Virus record (IMG/VR): IMGVR_UViG_3300037846_000042
Span: 1-46,695 of that record
Reading direction: 5' to 3' (one strand)
DNA: 46,695 bases
Source: a virus
Taxonomy: Duplodnaviria; Caudoviricetes
The notes beneath the pieces are model-generated. The model searched no databases, was not told where the DNA came from, and saw nothing but the letters and a program-made list of their open reading frames with translations. A program made the position numbers and the translations under genes. Of this stretch, positions 26,715-34,436 are shown in pieces. Each line of letters opens with the position of its first letter. The stretch's first letter is position 1.

Positions 26715-28345
26715 TGGCCCAACGCAACACCACACCGCTGGTTTGGCGTCCTAAGGGAGCGTGCGACACGCTTGATTCGTCCGACAGCTTCGCGGGCGCG
26801 ATGGCGCAACTGTCGAACCTGATCCCTGATCCGACGACCAAGAACCTGTGGCAGTGCCGCCCGGCCTCCATCAGCAAGACTTCATTCGGCAGCTACACGA
26901 CGCCCGGCTTCATCTCGGCCCTCAAGGTCATCGGCGACCTCGCGTTCGGCATGATCGCATCCGGCCGCAATGCCGGCAAGGATGAGCCGTTCTGCTATAA
27001 CCTTCTGACCAATGCGTTTGTCGTGGTTTCCGGCGTCACCAACGCCAACTCGCCCACGAGCCCATTGACCACAGGAGCATGGACGCCGCCCACGATGGAC
27101 CTCATCGGGGCGTTGCTGGTGGTCACGCATCCGGGCTTCTCGACCGGCGCCAATTTCTTTGGTTGGTTCGACATTACCAATCCCGCGGCGCCTGTCTGGC
27201 ACGCCGGCAATATGGGCGGCGCCATTGCATTCACGGTTGTGCCCACGGCGGTCAAGCAGTTCAACGGCCGGGCGTACTTCATTCAGAACGTGGTGGCACA
27301 GCCGTCCGTCGTGTTCTCCGATGCGCTCAATGCCGTGAATGCCACGAACGCCAACCAGATATTGACCTTCGGCGACAACGTGGCGTTGACCGCGCTGGGC
27401 GGCTTGCAGTTGAACAACCAGCTCGGCGGTATCATCCAGTCGCTCATCGTGTTCAAAGGCGTCACCAATATGTATCAGGTGACGGGTGACTCAGCGCTCA
27501 ATAACCTGACTGTCAACACTCTCAACATCACGACCGGCACCTTGGCTCCGAACACGATCTGCAACACGCCCGAGGGCTTGGCGTTCATGTCGCCCGAGGG
27601 AATGCGGGTCATCGATTTCCAAGCCGCCATCTCGCCGCCAATCGGGCTTGACGGCACCGGCATTGCGGTCCCGTTCGTCTACGCGGTTGTGCCGTCGCGC
27701 GTTGTGGCGCAGAGCGGCGGCAATGTCATGCGGGTGTCGGTACAGAACGGGCTTGCTGTGGGATCGCCCAATCAGGAATGGTGGTACGATTTCTCGCGCG
27801 GCATCTGGACCGGGCCGCACACCTTCCCGGCTTCACTCATCCAGCCGTACAAAGGGACGTTCATCGAGGCGCCGATCGGGATCACGGCGTCGCTGTGGCA
27901 GAGCGATGTGGTGCAATCGAGCACGTCCACTTACGTCGAAAACGGCGTGCAGATGTCGTGGAACTGGCTGACCGCCATGTTGCCGGACAACGATCAGATC
28001 AAGCAGAACTCGATGCAGTTGGCGACGCTCGATATGGCGTTGGCCTCCACGATCCCGAACATCAATGTGCAGGCGATCGATCAGAACGGCACGGCACTGG
28101 ACACGGTGCAAGTGCAGACGCCGGGGGGCTCGACCATATGGGGCGCGTTTACGTGGGGTGGCGCGCCTTGGCTCGGCCCCCCGGCTGCTCTGGCGCCGCG
28201 TCCGCTTTCGTGGACGCATCCGATCGTGTTTGCGCGGTTGCAATTGCAGGCGAACGGACAGAGCGCAGCCGGCATCAAGATCGGCACGGCGCATCTGCGC
28301 TATCAGGTTCTCGGTTACACACCCAACTTGCAGGCGGTGGCATGA
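26711..28345 (+). CDS. Tail nozzle/stabilisation protein (P22 gp10 / T7 gp12-like beta-propeller)
   Basis: 544 aa, all-beta; LSNLIPD...LWQCRP; FNGRAYF; VVFSD; position in the tail module. Confidence 0.75.
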   Translation: MMAQRNTTPLVWRPKGACDTLDSSDSFAGAMAQLSNLIPDPTTKNLWQCRPASISKTSFGSYTTPGFISALKVIGDLAFGMIASGRNAGKDEPFCYNLLTNAFVVVSGVTNANSPTSPLTTGAWTPPTMDLIGALLVVTHPGFSTGANFFGWFDITNPAAPVWHAGNMGGAIAFTVVPTAVKQFNGRAYFIQNVVAQPSVVFSDALNAVNATNANQILTFGDNVALTALGGLQLNNQLGGIIQSLIVFKGVTNMYQVTGDSALNNLTVNTLNITTGTLAPNTICNTPEGLAFMSPEGMRVIDFQAAISPPIGLDGTGIAVPFVYAVVPSRVVAQSGGNVMRVSVQNGLAVGSPNQEWWYDFSRGIWTGPHTFPASLIQPYKGTFIEAPIGITASLWQSDVVQSSTSTYVENGVQMSWNWLTAMLPDNDQIKQNSMQLATLDMALASTIPNINVQAIDQNGTALDTVQVQTPGGSTIWGAFTWGGAPWLGPPAALAPRPLSWTHPIVFARLQLQANGQSAAGIKIGTAHLRYQVLGYTPNLQAVA

Positions 28346-29424
28346 AACGCGAAAATTGGCTTTATCCGCTTATCGCTGTGCTGGTCACATTGGGCGGCTT
28401 CTTCTTTTTGGTGCCGTCCAAGGCCGGCATTACATGCTCGTTGCCGTTCAACCTGACCAACGGTACGACGGCCGATGCCTCGCAAGTCATGGCGAATTAC
28501 AATGCGCTGACGGCTTGCATGTTGAACAATTTGGCGGCAAGCGGGGCGAACAACGACGTTACGTCGCTTTCTGGTTTGACCACGCCACTCAGTCCGGCGC
28601 AGGGCGGCTCGTCGGGATTTACGGGCGGCACGTCGGTCGGCACAAACGCCATCACAGCAACGGCTTCGCCGGCTGGCTTTTCGCTGACGGCCAATTACAA
28701 GATCGTGTTCATAGCGGGCGGTTCAAACACTGGCGCGACTACGTTGAATGTGTCGGGCACAGGCGTCAAGAATTTATACCGCCCGACACCACAAGGTGCG
28801 GTTCCCACGGTCGGCGGGGAGATTGTCACCGGACAGATTGTCGAGGCGGTTTATGATGGAACCGAGTACCAGATGATTTCTCGCCCCGCACTCGATCATG
28901 TGCCGGGAGAGATATTCGATTATGGGGGCGCTGCGGGATGCCCGGCCGGCTCGTTCGAGGCGAACGCGCAGACTGTGACGACGACTTCCTATCCGACCTT
29001 GGGCACGGTACTAAGCACAACTTGGGGCGCGCCGGGCGGTGGCCTTACGCAGATTCCCGATTTGCGCGGGCGAGCGACTTATGAGTTTGATGGATCAGGC
29101 GCGCGGATTACGGTAGCGGGCGGCAATTTCAATGGCGCGGCCGTAGGCAACGTGGGCGGGCAACAGAACAACGTAGTCAACAAGGCGAACCTTGCGGCAT
29201 TCGCTTTGCCGGTGACCGACCCTGGGCACTCGCATACTTACGTTAATCAAGCTACGTTGGCGGCTGTGCAGGCTGGGGCAAGCGCGACTAACTTTTGGCA
29301 GAACACAGTTACGGCTAGTACTGGTGCTTCGCTTACCGGAATCACGGTCGCCTCGGGCGGCTCGTCGACCCCGCTTCCCACCCTGTCCAATGCCGCAATC
29401 GTCTTGAAGTGCGTCAAGGCTTAG
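28342..29424 (+). CDS. Tail fibre with tail-collar domain and N-terminal signal peptide
   Basis: Start MKRENWLYPL (ATGA overlap); collar motif PGEIFDYGG...P.G...YPTL......WG...IPDLRGR; DPGHSH. Confidence 0.82.
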   Translation: MKRENWLYPLIAVLVTLGGFFFLVPSKAGITCSLPFNLTNGTTADASQVMANYNALTACMLNNLAASGANNDVTSLSGLTTPLSPAQGGSSGFTGGTSVGTNAITATASPAGFSLTANYKIVFIAGGSNTGATTLNVSGTGVKNLYRPTPQGAVPTVGGEIVTGQIVEAVYDGTEYQMISRPALDHVPGEIFDYGGAAGCPAGSFEANAQTVTTTSYPTLGTVLSTTWGAPGGGLTQIPDLRGRATYEFDGSGARITVAGGNFNGAAVGNVGGQQNNVVNKANLAAFALPVTDPGHSHTYVNQATLAAVQAGASATNFWQNTVTASTGASLTGITVASGGSSTPLPTLSNAAIVLKCVKA

Positions 29425-29454
29425 CGTACAACCTTACTAGCCAAGGAGGCTCAA

Positions 29455-30687
29455 ATGAGGAAGTTTCTGTCTGTCGTCGGGGGGCTGGGGCTCCTCATTC
29501 TGGGCACCGCCGCGCAGGCTGCTCAGGTGCCGCTATTCGTCGGGTCGGCGTGCTCGGAAGCGAGCCAGCTTTTGTCTTGCCTCAACCAGGTGATCGCGGC
29601 CTACAACGGCCAGCTTGCCGCGGTTCCCGCGCTCGCGACCCCGCGCAACGTCTTGGACAATGGCGCCACCACGGTCCAGCAGCGCGGCACGGGCGCTGCG
29701 ACCTGCGCCCTCAACGGCGCCGCTATCACGTCGGCCGCCTACGCCGCCGATCGCTGGGGCTGCGAGGTCAACGTGGCGGTGGGCGCCGGGCAGCTCACGG
29801 TTATCACCGCGACCCCCTCGCCGCCACTCGGCTTCCAGGCATCGCAGAAATTGGTGCGCAATTCCGGTAGCCTGGCTCAACCGCAGTGCGCCTACCAGGA
29901 AATCCCGCAGGCGAGAGTGGCCGGACTGCAAGGTCAGCAGGTCACGTTCTCGGTCTTTGAGCAGGCGCTTGCCGGCCTCGCCGCCGACCAGGGCTCAACC
30001 ACGCAGTCGTTCAATCTCGTGGTGATCAGCGGCACGACCGCGGATCAGGGCTTCGGCACCTGGACGGCCTCGCCCGCGATCACGCCTGCCTGGGCCGGCG
30101 TTTCCACGCTGGTCAATACCAACTTCATTACGCCGGTCGCGCCGTCGTGGCAGCGTTACAATGTGACGGCGGCGGTGCCGTCGATGGCCTTGGAATTGGC
30201 GGTCGCTATCTGTTTCACGCCGACGACCTCGGGGCAGTCCGCGACGGACGGCATCGCATTCACGGGCGCGCAGCTCGAACAGGGCGCCGTGATGACGGCG
30301 TTCGAGACCAAGGCGCCGGGTGCGGAGCTGGCGGAAGCGCAGCGGTATTATTATCAGGTCACGGAGTCGGCCACGTCGGCCACGATGCGCGGCTCGTGCG
30401 TGAACCTCACGTCGTCGATCTCGAACTGCATCGTGCCGTTTCCGGTTCCGATGCGCGTCGTACCCACGATGACCTATGCGACCGGGTTTGGGATCGCGGT
30501 TGCGGCGCAGACCTCAATGACGGTTTGTACCGCCAACGCCACATCGACTACCGCCACGTCGGCGGCCTCCACGCTCTCGGTTCTGATGTCATGCGCCAAC
30601 GGCGCCGCGGGCGGTGCGCTCGGCACCGCGACCACGTGGGGGGACGCGGGCGGCACCGGGATCATCAGAGCCTCGGCTGACTTTTGA
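29455..30687 (+). CDS. Tail-fibre/receptor-binding-like protein with signal peptide
   Basis: AAGGAGG RBS; RNVLDNG..VQQRG...YAADRW and QLEQG...TAFE......EL..AQRYY motifs typical of phage tail proteins. Confidence 0.75.
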   Translation: MRKFLSVVGGLGLLILGTAAQAAQVPLFVGSACSEASQLLSCLNQVIAAYNGQLAAVPALATPRNVLDNGATTVQQRGTGAATCALNGAAITSAAYAADRWGCEVNVAVGAGQLTVITATPSPPLGFQASQKLVRNSGSLAQPQCAYQEIPQARVAGLQGQQVTFSVFEQALAGLAADQGSTTQSFNLVVISGTTADQGFGTWTASPAITPAWAGVSTLVNTNFITPVAPSWQRYNVTAAVPSMALELAVAICFTPTTSGQSATDGIAFTGAQLEQGAVMTAFETKAPGAELAEAQRYYYQVTESATSATMRGSCVNLTSSISNCIVPFPVPMRVVPTMTYATGFGIAVAAQTSMTVCTANATSTTATSAASTLSVLMSCANGAAGGALGTATTWGDAGGTGIIRASADF

Positions 30688-30699
30688 GAGGAGAATGCT

Positions 30700-30888
30700 A
30701 TGCCCGAACGTGGAGCGACAGGCGACGGGAAAACGGGTGTCGGCAAGACGCGCCTGCACGAGGGTCTGAAGACCCGCAGCCCGGAGCCGCCAAGTGGCAA
30801 ATTCACCAAAGGCGGCAGCGTCAACGACGGCGCGACCCGCGACAGCACGGCCAAAACTCCGGGTAGTCTCGGGCCGCGGGAAGCCTAA
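30700..30888 (+). CDS. Small basic hydrophilic protein
   Basis: 62 aa, GAGGAG RBS. Confidence 0.6.
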   Translation: MPERGATGDGKTGVGKTRLHEGLKTRSPEPPSGKFTKGGSVNDGATRDSTAKTPGSLGPREA

Positions 30889-31357
30889 ATCGCCTGCCAT
30901 TGCGGTCGAGGTCTTTTACGAGGTCCGACAGGAACTCATTCCCCTGTTCGTGCGCTTCCACAAGGAACAGGGGAAGCACGATGTCGAGCTTGATCCCGAT
31001 TGGGACGCGCTGCTGCGCATGACCGCGACGGGCGTCCTACGGGTCGTCACGGTGCGAGACGAGGGCGTGCTGGTGGGCTTTCTCCTCAATACGATCGGCC
31101 CGGCGCTGTTCTACAAGAGCACGATGCACGGCTCGACCATCGCCTATTGGCTCGATCCGGTCTATCGCACCGGCTGGTTTCCGGTTAAGGTATTCCGGCG
31201 CAATCTGGAATTGCTGCGCGAGTGGGGCGTCAAGCGGACGTTCATCGCGGCGGATGCGGGTTTCAAGGACGGTCGGATGGGCAGGGTGTTTGAGCGGCTT
31301 GGGTACGATCTTCACGAGCTGCACTACAGTCAGGTGCTTGTTGCGGAGCAACCGTGA
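30794..31357 (+). CDS. GNAT-fold acetyltransferase-like protein (start uncertain)
   Basis: LDPDWD, VTVRDEGVLVGF, YWLDPVYR.G, FERLGY; located before the ejection proteins as in other podoviruses. Confidence 0.75.
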   Translation: MANSPKAAASTTARPATARPKLRVVSGRGKPKSPAIAVEVFYEVRQELIPLFVRFHKEQGKHDVELDPDWDALLRMTATGVLRVVTVRDEGVLVGFLLNTIGPALFYKSTMHGSTIAYWLDPVYRTGWFPVKVFRRNLELLREWGVKRTFIAADAGFKDGRMGRVFERLGYDLHELHYSQVLVAEQP

Positions 31358-32271
31358 TGGACAACACGTCGAGCATCCAAGGCCCGCAGATGTTCCAGAT
31401 GCCCAACATGGGGCAGGCGGCCGGCAACGCTTTCAGCCAGATCGGCGGCTTGGGGCAATTCGGCAACCTGGGCTCGTCGGTGCTCCCGCAGGCACAGCAG
31501 ACCTCGCAGAACCTCTACAATAACCCGTTCGCCTCGCAGGGCCTCCAAGGCGCGCAGCAGGGCGCCGGCATGGGTGGGCAAGCCGCCATGACGGGCTTCA
31601 ACACGGGCGCCGGCATGGTGGGGGAGGGACAGGGGCTGATGGGTGCCGGTAACTCGCTGATCCCCTACGCCAGCCAGATCATGCAATCTGGGTTCGACCC
31701 GCAGCAGCAGCTTTATAATCGCACCTTGCAACAAGTGCAGGATCAGACGCGCGCGGGCGAAGCGTCGCGCGGCATCGCCACCACGCCCTATGGGGCTGGC
31801 CTGGAGAACCAGGCGACGCAGAATTTCAACATCGACTGGCAGAACCAGCAACTCGGCCGACAGGCGACGGCCGCGGGCGCCGCGGGCGGGCTCGTGGGGC
31901 AGGGCGCTAACGTTGCGGGTCAAGGCGCTGGCATCCAGGGGCAAGGCGTCAACATGATGAACCAAGCCCCTGGACAGATGGTGCAGAGCGCCATGCTGCC
32001 CTACGCCACGTACAGTGACATCGGACAGGGACAGAACAACGCGCTTACCAGCCTGCTTGGTATTGGCTCCCAGGGGCAAGGGCTGGCCAACCTGCCGATC
32101 CAGGACCTTTTGAGCTACCTCGGAGTGGGTAATCAGGCGGGCGGGGTGGCGAACCAGAATTTCAACAATCAGCTTGGCCAGGCGAACCAAGCCTGGAACC
32201 AGCAGGGGCAGTTTGCGCAGGGGATCGGCAGCGCGGCGTCGACCTTCCTGCCGATGCTGTTGGGGCTGTAG
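31354..32271 (+). CDS. Internal virion/DNA ejection protein (Gly/Gln-rich)
   Basis: 305 aa low-complexity G/Q/N/A; position in the late arm. Confidence 0.7.
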   Translation: MMDNTSSIQGPQMFQMPNMGQAAGNAFSQIGGLGQFGNLGSSVLPQAQQTSQNLYNNPFASQGLQGAQQGAGMGGQAAMTGFNTGAGMVGEGQGLMGAGNSLIPYASQIMQSGFDPQQQLYNRTLQQVQDQTRAGEASRGIATTPYGAGLENQATQNFNIDWQNQQLGRQATAAGAAGGLVGQGANVAGQGAGIQGQGVNMMNQAPGQMVQSAMLPYATYSDIGQGQNNALTSLLGIGSQGQGLANLPIQDLLSYLGVGNQAGGVANQNFNNQLGQANQAWNQQGQFAQGIGSAASTFLPMLLGL

Positions 32272-34314
32272 ATGGCCGGGCTGGGCGGCTTTGCGGGGTT
32301 CGTGGCGGGCGATCCGGTTGGCGCCTATCGCAAGGGCCGCGTCCAGGATCAGCAAGTCAGCCAGGGCGACGTGGACGCGCAGGCGCAGGCCGCGGCCGGC
32401 AATGCCTATATGGGCATGTTCGGCCAGCAGCAGACCCCCGGAGCGTCTCCTGGCGCCCCCGCCATGGGCGGGCAGCAAGGCCCTACGCAGCAGCAAGGCG
32501 GGCTGCTGATGCAATTGCTTCAGAAGCTCCGAGGCGGGGGTGCTCCCCAGCAGCAACCGATGATGCCGCCTCCCGGTCCCGGCATGGGGCAGCAGCCTGG
32601 CGGCATCCCGCCGCAAAGCCCCGGAGGCTCTATGCCGGGCGCCTCGCCGCCACAGCAAGGCGCCGTGCCGGGAGCGCGTCCTATGGGTCCGCCAATGGGC
32701 GGAATGCCGCAACAGCCTATGGGAGGTGTTCCTGCGCCTCCGAGCCCCGGCATGGGGGGACAGCCGCCCCCCGGCGCGAGCAGCCCCATGCCGGGGCAAC
32801 AACAGCCTATGGGCGGTCAAGCCGGGCAGCTCACATGGCAATCGATCGTGCAGAACGTGGTTCGAGCCAATCCGGGCGTGAAAGACCCGCGCGTGATCGC
32901 CGCCGCGGTCGACAAGTTTTTGCCGCTCATGAACCAGCAGACGCAGCAAGAATGGCGGCAGATGAGCCTCATGCTGGCCGGCCGACGTGCCGATCAAGGC
33001 GAGGAGAAAATCCAGCAGCAGGGGCAGCTTGGGCAACAGCGAATCGATCAGAGTGGTCGACGGCTCGATTTGACCGAGGAGCAATTGCAGCAGCGCGAGC
33101 AGCAGTTCCAGGAGCGCGAACAGCGCCTTAAGGATCGTGAGGAACAGATCACGGCGCGACAACAGACGCTGGAACAGGGCCGCAATTGGCGAGCCACTCT
33201 CAGTGCGGATACCCGCAAGGATTTACAGAACCTCTCGATCGAGGCGCGCAAGGAGATTGCAGCTAATGTTGAAGGTGGACGCGAGCAACGCGCGGAATTA
33301 TCAGCGAGCACGCGCAAAGAAATAGCTGAAATGAATGCGGGGTCGCGCAAAGAGATTCAGACCATGCTGGAAGGTGGCCGTCAGTCTAGGTCGCAAGCCG
33401 GCATTGAGTCGCGCGAAGAAATTGCGCGCGAGGGCATGGGGTCGCGAGAAGGCATTGCAGAGAGAGCTGAGTCAGGGCGCGACTATCGGGCTAATCTGTC
33501 GTCGGAAGCCAAGGCTGATATTGCGCGGCTCAATAGCCAATCCCGCATGGCCATTCAGGAATATCTTGAGGCTGGCCGCGAGGAGCGCAGCGCGCGCACG
33601 ACCGGCGAGCGCGGCCGTGAAGCCGATCAGTCGGATGCTACTCGACGTGCGCTTGGCCAGTTGAGCGCCAAGACCCGGCAAGAGCTAGAGACGCAGCGCG
33701 AGGGCGCAGCGGCGCAGCGCACACAGGCTGGCATTACATCGCGCGAGGGCATAGCTGGGCGTTCTGAGGCAGGTCGCGAAAGTCGCTTTGGTCGCTCGGA
33801 AACGGACAAACAAAGTCGGTTCGAGGAGTCAGAGAGCGGGAAGCAGGGCCGGTTCGACGCCTCGGAAGCTGGCAAGGAAGGCCGGTTCGACGCACGTGAG
33901 GGCAGGCTCGAACGCAATGCGCTTATCCAGCAGGACCAGAAGCACGACATTCTGGATATGCAGCGCCAAAGGCTAGAGCAATCCATTACAGGCAGCAAAG
34001 ATCGAACGCAGCTGGGCCAATGGCGCGCGCTCCTCGACGCGCAGCACAAGCGTGCGACCGAGATCATCACGTCGGCGGGCGGCACGATGGACCCGAAGGA
34101 GCGCAAACGCTTGCTGGACGAGGAGGACCAGTTCTACACGGGCAAGATCAAAGAGATGCAGGGCGTCATGAACGGCGCCAAGGGCGATCGTGGTGCGCCG
34201 TCCGGCGACGAGCCCGGCAAAGCGACAGTCAAGGTCAAGACGCCCGAGGAAGCCGCCAAGCTCGCGCCCGGTACGAAGTACGTCACGCCTGACGGCCAGG
34301 AGTTCACGCGATGA
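32272..34314 (+). CDS. Internal virion/DNA ejection protein
   Basis: Pro/Gly/Gln N-terminus, long charged helical repeats, C-terminal KTPEEAAKLAPGTKYVTPDG. Confidence 0.7.
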   Translation: MAGLGGFAGFVAGDPVGAYRKGRVQDQQVSQGDVDAQAQAAAGNAYMGMFGQQQTPGASPGAPAMGGQQGPTQQQGGLLMQLLQKLRGGGAPQQQPMMPPPGPGMGQQPGGIPPQSPGGSMPGASPPQQGAVPGARPMGPPMGGMPQQPMGGVPAPPSPGMGGQPPPGASSPMPGQQQPMGGQAGQLTWQSIVQNVVRANPGVKDPRVIAAAVDKFLPLMNQQTQQEWRQMSLMLAGRRADQGEEKIQQQGQLGQQRIDQSGRRLDLTEEQLQQREQQFQEREQRLKDREEQITARQQTLEQGRNWRATLSADTRKDLQNLSIEARKEIAANVEGGREQRAELSASTRKEIAEMNAGSRKEIQTMLEGGRQSRSQAGIESREEIAREGMGSREGIAERAESGRDYRANLSSEAKADIARLNSQSRMAIQEYLEAGREERSARTTGERGREADQSDATRRALGQLSAKTRQELETQREGAAAQRTQAGITSREGIAGRSEAGRESRFGRSETDKQSRFEESESGKQGRFDASEAGKEGRFDAREGRLERNALIQQDQKHDILDMQRQRLEQSITGSKDRTQLGQWRALLDAQHKRATEIITSAGGTMDPKERKRLLDEEDQFYTGKIKEMQGVMNGAKGDRGAPSGDEPGKATVKVKTPEEAAKLAPGTKYVTPDGQEFTR

Positions 34315-34436
34315 TGCCGGTCGACGAGTGGGATTCGTACCCTGGCTATCAGGAAGAAGATGAGGACGTTGATTGTTTTGGTCCCGACGAGCCCGATGAT
34401 TGGTTGTCCGAGGCGGATGAGCTATGCCCGAAGTGA
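34311..34436 (+). CDS. Small acidic protein, not in ORF track
   Basis: 41 aa MMPVDEWDSYPGYQEEDEDVDCFGPDEPDDWLSEADELCPK; ATGA overlap; fills the intergenic gap. Confidence 0.45.
   Translation: MMPVDEWDSYPGYQEEDEDVDCFGPDEPDDWLSEADELCPK

Noticed and set aside
27778-28341. N-terminal extension of the tail-fibre ORF
   Set aside because: Overlaps the nozzle gene in another frame; ATG 28342 gives an ATGA overlap and a signal peptide
31330-33162. Long antisense ORFs (also 10892..12022, 15617..16609, 42606..43643)
   Set aside because: Shadow ORFs from GC-rich codon bias opposite real genes; no motifs, unlike the HNH ORF in the intein
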